Below, one piece after another: positions 49,500 through 60,749 of a DNA stretch of 64,000 nt. The notes below the pieces were generated by a model that saw only the letters and a list, made by a program, of their open reading frames with translations, had not been told where the DNA came from and did no database searches. The first letter of the stretch is position 1; each line of letters opens with the position of its first letter. Both the position numbers and the translations under genes were made by a program. Source of the DNA: Octopus vulgaris (lineage: Eukaryota); assembly GCA_951406725.2 (NCBI GenBank), contig OX597819.1, forward strand, positions 90,458,001 through 90,522,000, in the 5' to 3' direction.

Positions 49500-50013
49500 C
49501 TTAGGACAGAATTACAACAACAAAAAGTATACCGACACAACTATGCCCCTCCCTTCGACTTTGTTTCCTCAACACTTTCAGAAAAAATACGGATATCTTT
49601 TAATGAAAATTTAAACAAATATCTTTCAGGTGGTGTTAGATTACAATTATATCAGAATTTAATGTGAAAAATAAATTGGTGGGTGCGAACACATCGCATA
49701 TTTTATTTCATGTCAGTAAGTGCGTGTGTGGTCGCAGGCGCACCCACCAATTCTTTTTTTTTTTTTTTTTAACTGATTCCAATATAATTGTAACTTGCAC
49801 CATCTGAAAGGCATCTAAAAAATTTCAATAAAAATATTTCAGAAAATTATAAGGAAACAAAATTGGGATATTTACCTACAAACTTTTCTCAACAACACTA
49901 AGAGTAAAATATGTTTTTATATGACACATTCATTCTACCAGTGTGCGAAGTTTGAAAGTGTCTAGTTACAAAAAAGTTAATTTCTCGATCTGCTGTTCAA
50001 AGGGAAAAGATCC
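49500..50013. mobile_element. Related MITE with internal inverted repeat
   Basis: Ends ctgttcaaagggaaaagatcc and carries the reverse complement of aaacttcg.a.actggtagaatg. Internal arms aattggtgggtgcg / cgcacccaccaatt. Confidence 0.6.
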
Positions 50014-51029
50014 TAAAATTGGTAGGAGACACTCAAATGGCATTGTCTCAAAATACAGTAACTCAAATAAGAAAGCGATTATACTTTCTCTTAAAGACAT
50101 TTAAGGCCTCAATTAGCGACTCTTCGATGAAAGCAGCAACTTATAATAGTAGGAAAAATTAAGTTTGATAGTTTTCTATTAGAAAATATGTTAACACTGC
50201 CCGTGTGCACAAAAACTAAATCTTTCGCAGTAGAAGTTTCAAACGAACGATAGTAAATATGAAATAAAATAGTATCGCAAAAAACTGGGATACAATTGGT
50301 AACTTGGTAATAAGTTAATCACACATTTTTAATTCAATATTTTTGTAGAGGTTTATTTACGCAGAGATATTAAACTTATTCTCTAGTAGGGTTAATTTTT
50401 AATTCCAGCTTAATCTTTCTAGAAATAGCAACCAAATCTCTCTCAAATCACGTGCTTACAACTTAAATAAAGGACATACGTAAACGAAGGTAACTTTATA
50501 TCAGTCATGGGCAGCCTGCGATCCGTGGGACTTTCGGAATAGCATGTCTAACGAAAAATTTCCGGCTCTACATGGTCGTTCGACTTGCTAGATATATCAG
50601 CCAAGTTGCCCTTGAACCACAATATTCTTTAAAAAGCTCTAGGTATAATGTCTGAAAACATGGGATGATCAAAGTTGAGAAACTTTCCTCAAATATATGC
50701 ATAAGGGTTAAACAACTACATTTTATTTATTTATTTAATAAACAGGTTGGTTTTATATGACATAATAATAATCGGCTACTGCTGTTGACTGATATTTTGA
50801 TCAGGCGACCCAAAAGAGAATCATGCAGCTTAGTCAGAATCATAAGACGATTTTCATTTCACAACACAACAAATTAAGCTTATCAGGAAGGAGAAGTTAG
50901 AAAGAGCTGTACTAGAGAGAGAGAGAGAAACAGATTTTAAGGTGATTATATGGAATTTTAAATTATAATTAATTGAAGCGCTTTCATTCATCATATTTCA
51001 CTACCAGTGGCCTAAAGAGTCAATAAACA

Positions 51030-51261
51030 TATTATTCAATATAAAATAGTGTACATTTAAACACAAAAAGAAATTACCTATAACACGCAATTTCATGAAA
51101 AAATAAAAACTTTTACCTTGGTAAAGTTTTTATTTTTTCATTCCCTTTGAAATTGCTCAAAGTTTTGTGGTTTTCGATTGTTTTGATTGTCTCCTAGCGT
51201 GTAGAAATTGTCTGTTATAAGTAATTTCTCTTTGTGTTTAAATGTACACTATTTTATATTG

Positions 51262-51270
<9 letters not shown>
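51030..51270. mobile_element. Foldback element with about 65-bp inverted arms, abutting (TA)n
   Basis: atattattcaatataaaatagtgtacatttaaacacaaa... pairs with ...tttgtgtttaaatgtacactattttatattgaataatat. Confidence 0.8.
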
Positions 51271-51300
<30 letters not shown>

Positions 51301-51485
51301 TACGGCATTCTTGAATACCGATTATTCATGTAATTGTAGTAAATTTTAACTTCCATTTCTAAAACTAGATGGAACTAATCCTTTTCTTTTTATATGTTTA
51401 AAACTGTTTCTTTATCCGGATGTTTAATATTTCCCAAGTAAATTTACCATTTTTCGAATTCATAATTTCTAACGGCAATCTTTCG

Positions 51486-51883
51486 TCTTTTCGGTTTGAA
51501 CGGCAGTTTTTTAAAATAATTTCCACGTAACTAAACACTTTTAAACTTCGAATACTGGTAGAATGTGTTTATAAAACATCTTTTTCTCTTGGCTTTATTG
51601 AGAAAATTCTATAGTTTGTAAGATATTTGTTGTTTTTTTTCTTCAATTTCAACCAATCAATGACGTCTATTGAAGTGAAAACATTTTGTGCCGTATGAAT
51701 ATGTCCCTCGTTTAAGAAACAGATTGGGTTTATTTACATTTCTGAAGAAAAAAAATATACCCTCCCCCACCCCTAACCCTAAAACAGATTGAAATGCAAT
51801 AGATCGATATTAGGGTCATAATTATGGGTGACAATTTCATATGACACCGCTAGAAAAAACTGCCATTCAAACCGAAAAGATCC
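51486..51883. mobile_element. Second copy of the 48020-48412 MITE (left tip eroded)
   Basis: Colinear near-identity over about 395 bp. Confidence 0.9.
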
Positions 51884-52164
51884 GAATACTATATCAGTCA
51901 CTATTCATTCAGTAACACAGTTATCATTTCAATAAAAGGGACTTTGTTTTTTTTTTTGTTTTTTTTTTGATAAAGCAGTCTTCTTGAGATCAAAGACTCC
52001 TTACAACTAAGGCTTTCTTTTATATACACATTTTACAGTGCTATATAATAGCAACAATCTCCCCGGACCCTCTGAGCTCAACATTACAATTTTCACACTT
52101 ACAATGGTCCACACTTGAAAGAATTGACTCAATAATACAAAGGCGATTCTGTTACACATTAGCA

Positions 52165-52840
52165 GGAAAGACATTCAAGTTATCATACTTCTCGAACACA
52201 TGGTCTTGTGTTTAGTCCCACTTCGTGACACTTTGAACAAGTGTCCTCTACTAATAGCCTCGGGCAAACCAGGGCCTCGTTGGTGGATTAGGTAGATGGA
52301 AACTGGAAGAAGCTTGTTGTGTGTTTGTGTCTGTGTTCCTTATCACAGATTGACAACCAGTGTTGGTGCGTTTCAATCACTGTAACTTAGCGGTTTGCAA
52401 AAGAGACAAACAGATTAAGTACCAGAAAATAAGTACTGGGGACGATTAGTTCAACTAAAATTCCTCAAAGTGGTGCCCCAACATGGTCACAGTCTAATGA
52501 CTGAAACATGTAAACAAATAAAAGAGTAAAAGAATATGGTTCCAAATCTCAATTCTCTTCTGATCTTCTGCATCCAGCAAAGTAAAAAAATTTACTACTC
52601 ATTAACAAAAAAAAAAAAAAAAAAAGCTATTTCCTAAGCACCAACCGATCATGGCCGTTGCCAGCCTCGCCTGGCACTTAAAAAGCACCCACTACACTCA
52701 CGGAGTGGTTGGCATTGGGAAGGGCATCCAGCTGTAGAAACACTGCCAGATCAGACTGGGCCTGGTGCAGCCTCCTGGCTTCCCAGACCCCAGTCGAACC
52801 GTCCAACCCATGCTAGCACGGAAAGCGGACATTAAACAAT
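52165..52840 (+). mobile_element. tRNA SINE (52165-52530) and RTE-tail fragment (52645-52840)
   Basis: Homology to 28821-29218 and 5280-5480. Confidence 0.8.
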
Positions 52841-54409
52841 GAAGAAATTCACTATTTCTCAACTTTAGTAACACTTCTATGCATGTTAAGGTGATAAACA
52901 ATTGGCAATCACTATAACTTATATGGGAAAAAATTGTTAATCAATGATGATGAATTGTATTTCGACTTAAAGGTATTGGTCAACTAAAACAAAATAAAAG
53001 TTGATGGAACAGTGAAATCATTCAGTAATGATTTTATCTCCTTCTCAACTACTCCTACCCACCCCTATTATAATGTGGAGGAGACATGTATTCCCCTTTA
53101 TAACAAGACACCTGTGCTTGCCCTCTATTATACTTCAATCATTTAACACACAGCATAAAGCCACCTCCCCCTCGTAAATGCTCTCCCACTTTGTAATGAA
53201 AGCTTTTTCCTTTTTCCCCTGTTCTTTTTGTCTTACAAAAGTTACTTGGGCAACCTCACTAGTGCCATTGACACACAAAGAAAAAAAAACGCAGCCAGTA
53301 TACAGTATAATGCATTGCCAGTTAATACTGAAACTTGGCACAGCCTTGTGGATCACTGGATACTGTCAAACTGTCCAACCCATGTCAGCATAGGAAACAG
53401 ATACTAAATGATGATATAATTTATAAAGTAACATGGGAGTAAACCCTGAAATACCAACTACAATATTTTGCTTCATTATTTCAATTAGTAAGTTAAAAAC
53501 CAACAGATAAGATTAGTGTGCTATGACTCATTCTAAATGTCTAACAATACTGACTAAATTTACTCAACTTCCCTGTTTTTTTCCCATTACTTTTAGCTAC
53601 TAACACAGCTATATTAAAGAAGTAGAAGAGAAAATTTCTATGGACTGGTAAACAATTTCTATGGGCTGGTAAACAAGAGAAAAAACTGCAGGAATTCAAA
53701 CAATACATAACATCACATATTTTGTCATCAAACTTTGACACCAGACAGGATGTCAGTTGTGTTGGATCGGGCACCATATTGGGGCAACATGACTTCTGAG
53801 ACAAATGTCATGTTATTTCCTATACAGCAAAGGCACATTCAAAAATCAAGCAATAAATTTGTCAAACTGAAATGAAGGCTTTGCTGTGGTATTAACATGA
53901 TAAATTCTATATAAATGTAAATGGAAGACCATTCAACATAGTGACTTTCAACCACTATTAACATTATTTAATGGAAAAGAAAAAGCTTTCACTGATAATA
54001 CTTCACTAGATACTAAAAATAGATGCCAGTTACCAACTACAGTTCATAAAAGGCATTCATAATCCAGTAGATGTTGTCTTTTTAGCCAATAACAATAACA
54101 GTGTATGCTGATGTGGATGATTATTGTGAAGAGAGCAGGATTAATTGAGTGCAGCACTTGTAGCTCAAGAATTTTAAATCAGGGCTGTTGATACAAGAGA
54201 TTGATCCTTTCTAATTCTACCAATGGCTTTCTAGATAGCTTGTGGGGTCATAGAAAGCAAAATTCCAATTCTCATAGAAGCTGTTAATGCTAAGCCTCCA
54301 CATCAATAGTTGCTGATAAACATTCACTAACTGAAGGTGGAATATTTCTTAAGTTTAATGAAGGCACCACAACAGGGGAAGTGGGGATTTTTGTTTGTTT
54401 GTGGGAGTT

Positions 54410-55790
54410 AGTGTGTTTGCGAGGGTGGGTTTTTTTTTTTTGTTATTTGAGGGGCCTGGTGCTTGCGACAACATTTTTTTGTTTTCTTCACAGTCCACTC
54501 CAATGTGGCTCTTTTTTCCGCATTGGTAACAGGTGGGCTTACTGCCTTACACCTGTACCCTAAGGTCCACATTCTCCCCTATGAGCACTCTCTCTGGTAG
54601 GACCTGAATGTCCTTCTGTTTTCCTTGAATTAATACTGTAATGTTCCACCCTAACCAACTCTGGGGGTGCGGAACTTGTCGTTTGTAATATTTTTATTCA
54701 GTCCGTCCTATTAAACACAGGATAGCAACCACTTCTTTCGGGTCCACTTTAGGTGGCACTTCATTGATTCTTACACGGGACGTTCTTCGTCCCATATAAG
54801 TTGGCAGAAGTACCACTTCTTTGGACTTCAGGGGACACACGAAATGCCCGTGGGCCACCTCTTCCTTTGAGAATTGGACCTCAACAGAACCATATGCCCG
54901 TCCCCTCGATATATACACTATATCCCTCCATATCGGGGACAGGCACTTTTCGATTGTTTCTTTTTCGAAGTGTTTAAGCCTTTTGTCTTGTGGGCAGAAG
55001 GTTTTATACACTATAGTCCGTTTCTCTGTTTCTAACACAGTGGAGGAGGGTGATATCACATCACCTCCCTCTTCCTTCATCCTTTTAAAATATCCCTGCA
55101 ACATATCTGCCAAGATATCAATATTTTCGGTTGCCACTGCGGCAACTACCGAAAACTTTTTCACAGTGTTGGCACAATTGCTCTCTACAAGAGCACTTTT
55201 TTCAAGAATGATTTCAACCGACATGGTTGAAATAAATATAATTCAAGAGAAAAGGTTTCCCTCTCGCAGAGGACAAAATTAATCAATTTGTATTACTGCA
55301 GTCCAAAGTTCAGATCCCACCCCCGCTGGGGGGGCAAGACATAGCAGCAAAGTCTACGACGATTCGAAATGAATTTTTTCCACACAATAATGAAATATAG
55401 AATCCAAAATAGGGGAAACCTATATTTTTTCCTCACAACAAGGACAACAGTTCAAATCTCACCCGTACGACGGGCGGATGCCACAATAGAGCCTACAATG
55501 GCTAAAATGGGAAGCCTATAATATGTTTCCCCTTAATGAGGATAACAGTTCAAATGCCACCTCCGCTGGGGTGGGGCGACAATAAAGCCTACAGCGACTT
55601 TAACAAGTTCAATATTAATAACTTCAATATTTGAACAATTACTTCCTCCCATCACCGGGAAAAAGCACAAAAATTTTCAAAGTTCACGAAAATATTCAAC
55701 AAAAAACATTCAACAGTAGAAAAATTATCCACGTGCAACAAAACGTTTTACTCACCGTCAAAAAAAGACGTCTGTTTTCAACAAAGGTTA
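54410..55790 (-). mobile_element. 5' end of an L1/Tx1-like LINE: repeated 5' UTR plus decayed ORF1 (ORF 54694-55224)
   Basis: RRM-like VEVQF and RVRINEVPP segments. Downstream CCHC knuckle CYQCGKKSHIGVDC at about 54490-54532. Confidence 0.7.
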
Positions 55791-57010
55791 AGCAAGCTAC
55801 TTACCATACAGCCACTCCTGCGCCTATATAATATGATTTTGACAAATTGGAAGGATTGTTAGAGTATCGCAAAAATTGCTTTGTGTAATTTGTTTACGAT
55901 TTTAACATTCTCATTTCAAATCCTGCCCAGGTCAACTTTGCCTTCCATCCCTCCTAATTGAAATTAAGTACCTGTCAAGCACTGGGATTAATGGTATTGA
56001 CTAAGCACTACCCTTGCTGGCCTTGTGACTAAATTAGATACCCTTATTTAATAAACATTAAGTTTGTAATTTTGCTCCGAAAAAACTTTCTGTAACAAAA
56101 AACACTAAAAATAAATTTTGTTGTAAAAACTTTAACGAAATGAAGTTTGTTCAAATCCCACTTGAAGGACTAATGTAATAGATCATCACCAAGCATGAAG
56201 TGGAGCTATGCAAGATGGTCACAACTGATACATATATTCCACTAGAACGGGAGCTACACAAGTTGGTCGCAGTTAATATATATTTTACTGGAGAGTCAGA
56301 TTATAATTAATTTTATGGGTCAAATTATAATTAATTTTATGGGTCAACTGCGTAGTTAAAGGACCAATGAATATAGATCCGGACAAGATGAAGACAAAGG
56401 TACCATTATTATTTTACTTGAAACTAGATTTAATTTACATGCTAGCTGACATGTTCAAGATGTTTGGGAAATTAGCCTCCTTAAATTTGTGACATAGTTC
56501 ATATTTTATATAAGGAATTTGAACAGGTGGGTCCTGCTTCTATAAATCTCAATTTCATTTTAAACCAAACTTAAACACAGAGCTTATGTATGGTGCTCAT
56601 ATACTATCAGGATCCCTTGAAGAATCAGAGGTAGGTAATCAAAATTGCTGGAAACTGACAAGATCATCATCATCATCATTTAACATCCGCTTTCCATGCT
56701 GGCATGGGTTGGATGGTTTGACTGAGGACTGGTGAGCCAGAAGGCTGCACCAGGCTCAATCTGATCTGGCAAAGTTTCTACAACTGGATGCTCTTCCTAA
56801 CACTAACCACTCCAAGAGTGTAGGTGTTTTATAAATTTTACTTTGATTGGTCTCTGTAAAAAAATAGATTTGGTCATTGTCATGTCATCACTTCAGCTAT
56901 TAAATAGTGAAACTATCTATTGCTTTTGATATATCAATGATAAATATATTTCAAATTATAAATATTGTTAAATGACAATTTTCAGTTGAATATTTACATC
57001 TCAACTTTTA

Positions 57011-57370
57011 GGTGCAGGTGTGGCTGTTGTAGTAAGAAATTTTTTCTTAACTAGACAGTTCTGGGTTCAATCCCACTGCATGACATCTTGGACAGGTATC
57101 TTCTGCTTTAGCCCTGAGCTGACCAAGGCCTTTTGAGGAGATTCGGTATGTGGAAACTGTAAGAAATCCATGAGACATATATGTGTGTGCATGCACGTGT
57201 ATGTATATTTGTCTCCCACCACTGCTTGAAAACTTAGCAGTTCAACATTAGAGACTGACAGAATAAGGACGAGGGTTTAAAGAATAAGTACTGGGGTTGA
57301 TTTGTTCGACTAAACCCCTTCAGTGCACCAGCATGGCCACAGTCCAATGACTGATACAAGTAAAAGATAA
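57011..57370 (+). mobile_element. Diverged tRNA SINE
   Basis: Homologous to 28821-29218. Confidence 0.8.
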
Positions 57371-57384
57371 ATTTTACAAAGTAC

Positions 57385-57761
57385 GGAAAAACTTACTTTT
57401 GTACCCCACCCCCATAAAATTTTTTTGAAAAGATATTACACATGGCAGAAATTTGATTTCCTTCCATGTCTTATAATAAAGATGAGAAAGTCATAAAAAT
57501 TAAGAATTTCTATTAAAAAACTTCATTTCTGTATTATGTATATTCCTGTCCCAATTTGCCCTACGTTAAGGCCTAAATTGCCTAATTATGAAATTTGGGA
57601 CATGAATATACATAATACAGAAATTAAGCTTTTTAATAGAAATTCTTAATTTTTATAACTTTCTCATCATTATTATAAAACATGGTAGGAAATCAATTTT
57701 CCACTATTTGTAATATTTTTTAAAGAAAGGTTTATGGTGGGGTACAAAAGGAAGTCTTTCC
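57385..57761. mobile_element. 377-bp foldback MITE with GG...CC termini and 8-bp TSD
   Basis: TSD caaagtac (57377-57384, 57762-57769). Inverted arms of about 170 bp. Confidence 0.9.
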
Positions 57762-59652
57762 CAAAGTACACCTCCACAAGACAATAAAATAAAAGCTGCT
57801 AATGTTGTAGATGGCTAAAATTGGAGATCCTCTAAAGATCAAAAGAACATAATTTATCTAAATAGGAATTATGGTTCAAATCTATAAGTAAAACAATTAA
57901 GATTCAATACTTTTATGTTAAGGATGGGACAACACTTCCTCGTCTGACTCTGTTTTGATTATCTCCCCCCGACTCATATCGGGACCTTAAAAGTATACAA
58001 CACCGTTAAATGCTGTCACGCCAATTCACTCATACTTGTTATTTATACAACTAGGATGCACAAGTTAAATATTCTTCCCTAATACAATGTATAAGGTTTT
58101 AGGAAATCTTTCGGTAAAAGTCTATGACGTCATGAGTAGAGCCAAACAAACTGGCATACACACACACATGCACACTCATAACAGATGTCATATACTAATA
58201 CCAAAATATTGCCTTTTTTGTGGTCTTACGCTGTAACTGTGTCGTTGTTTATTTAGATTTGTTATTTGTTCTATAGTTTTGCCGGTTTGTAAAAATTTAC
58301 CGTTTTGCCTAACGACATGGTTAAATAAAATGTTTTTCTTACCGGTTTAAAAATCTCGACTAGATTTTATAGCATCACGCTATCTGTTAAATAATAATCT
58401 GATTTGTTCAATTGATGTTAATGATGAGGAAATAATGATTTAATTAAATTATTAGGTGATGTGTATAATACTGCGAAACAGAATGGTAAGTCTACCAATT
58501 AGCATCCGACCATTGCCATTCAACTTTAGTCTTGTAATTTGTTTAATGCAGGATAGTACTACAGTAATCATGTGAATGTAAAATCGCAAGATCGAAACCG
58601 TAAAGTACATTGAAGCAATATACTTTAAAACGCGGGGCGCGTGCTACCCGATTAGTCTGGTACTGATTGCGAAAATGTCAATTTTGTAATTTCTAAAGCC
58701 GTGACCTTATCTAATTTTATGTAAAATATTCCAAGCAACAGAGACACTGCAAACTAGCAAATTAAAAAATTCGGTCGACAAGTTCTTTTACCAGTAAAAC
58801 AAGATCTTGCGGAGGTTGGGGTGGGGGGATCAGGTACCGTTCTCACACTTTTTCGTATTATCCTGAAGTCATGTTGGAATGAAAATAAAATGAAAAAAAA
58901 AAGTATGGTGGTCTCGCGTTCAAAGGAACCCCTACGTAGTGACTTGAACAGCTAGAAATAGCAGCCATATCGCCCTCAAATTGACACCCTATGACTTTAC
59001 AAAAAGATGCGTTGGATAATGTGGTTCTTATTTCCTTACTTTTACGAAATGTTCTTGGTTCCTTACATTACGAAATTACGACTGGAATGCCTTTAATCTA
59101 AAGTTTGCTCGACCGGGGCTGACCTGCGGTCAAACAACTTGAATCATCTAAACAGACTACTATACTGTATGGGTGGAACTGCATGTAGCATTCAACGGTC
59201 TGCCATATCCTGTGGGAAATCGCGGTTAGTTATTTTAAACGAAACATCTCAAAATTTTATTAGCTGCACTGGAACTCCTGTTTACATCAAGGGGAATTCC
59301 AAAACGAACTATTCCCGACAACAACCCACGTTTTATACTTTTATACTTTATATTCATTAAAAGATTTTTTGCGAAGTTTCTACAGGTGCATCATACATTA
59401 TAGATAGACTATGCTATAACGTATTGTTTTATATATAGAAATTGGTTTATACACTTATCTGTGACATTGTAACTCGATATCAATCAGTTTTTGTTTGTGT
59501 GCTTGTTCTGGTGGGTTTTTTCTTTTGTCAAATACAGGTATTATAAGAAAAGCAAAACTAAATTTTGATTAAATACTTTTCGGTTGCAGTCTATGTTTAT
59601 GATATGGTATTTTCTATATATTGAAGGCAATTAAATAAGTGGATATACTTAC

Positions 59653-59699
59653 AATTCTTTAGTACCGAGTTCAGATGCTTGAAAATCCTTGTTTTCCAT
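59653..59699 (-). CDS. EEF1AKMT2: EEF1A lysine methyltransferase 2 (METTL10/Efm4), exon 1 (MENKDFQASELGTKE)
   Basis: Family motif S-x-LGT[KR]E. GTAAGT donor, phase 2. Confidence 0.9.
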
Positions 59700-59960
59700 C
59701 TTTATATTTTTATCAATGAATTTCTTCTCCACGCTGCCACACGTCAAGTTTGAAGAACGATAACTCCATTTAGAAGTCTTCCTGCTTTCTTCTTGTTGGA
59801 GTAACCTCTTCTTGTCTTGCGTTATTTTTAATAACCCATCCATCCACCTTCTTGGACCCCTGTCCCTGAAAGGGTCATAGGATTAGATGTCTTCAGGCGC
59901 CTCCTCCATAGGGTCCTATCATTAGACTTTCCGGCGGCATTCCAAAGCACGACCAACTGA
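59700..59960 (-). promoter_or_regulatory. Probable 5' UTR and proximal promoter of EEF1AKMT2
   Basis: Directly upstream of the ATG. CpGs appear better retained locally, and there is a TGACGTG (CRE/ATF-like) motif at about 59740-59746 on the minus strand. TSS not determined. Confidence 0.35.
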
Positions 59961-60583
59961 GATATCCAACTAACAATAACCGTAAAAGAAAAAAATCTTT
60001 AGATTTAACTCAGTACAAAAACAGTGAATTTGATCTTCTGGAATAGAGTGAATTGAAATTCTAAATTGATGGCATTCACTTGTGTTTTATTGTTTTTCTG
60101 TTGCAATTCCATTTACATCTAGGATGTATTATAAGAATGTGAGTCGACCACGGTATTTCACTGGTACCTTTTTATTATAGACCCCCGGGAATGGTGAGAA
60201 AAGAAATTAGTATGTAAAGTGGTGTAACTGGATATTGATCTCTAACGATTCTGCCAATTTTTTTTTTATAGTATTGTATATTCCAAAGTGTCCAAAACTA
60301 TACAATATTATTAAGAAATAAAATAAAGTGATAGGATTTTAAGCTATTATCACGATTCTTTCACGACGTAATTGTTTCCGTTTCAATACACGATCTTAGT
60401 TCAAGTATTTGTCAAGCATTTGCTAAATGCATGCATGTGAAAAGTAAAATACAATCTAAGTTGACATAATAAAGTTATAGAGTTTATGAGAGAAGAGAAT
60501 GTTCTGATATTAAGGAATTTCTTAAGGCAACTGAAGCAGTAACTGAACAGATCCACTGAGAAATACAGTCACGAGTATTATTT

Positions 60584-60748
60584 ATCATATGGAGTAGTGG
60601 TTAAGAGCGCGGGCTACTAACCCCAAAATTCCGAGTTCGATTCCAGGCAGTGACCTGAATAATAATAATATAATTACATCGAAAAATACCTTGGGGATGA
60701 GAACCCAGGTTCGAAATTTCCCCCAAGACACCTGATGAAGGCTGGAGG
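60584..60748 (+). mobile_element. tRNA-derived SINE, truncated at the junction with the HERO LINE
   Basis: A box TGGAGTAGTGG and B box GAGTTCGATTCC, followed by a non-tRNA body. Confidence 0.7.
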
Positions 60749-60749
60749 T

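Noticed and set aside
56300-56348. 24-bp perfect tandem duplication (similar case near 41793-41855)
   Set aside because: Ordinary slippage duplication with no sign of function.
60587-60657. tRNA gene
   Set aside because: A and B boxes are present, but there is no clean acceptor stem or T-run terminator, and it continues into a SINE body.
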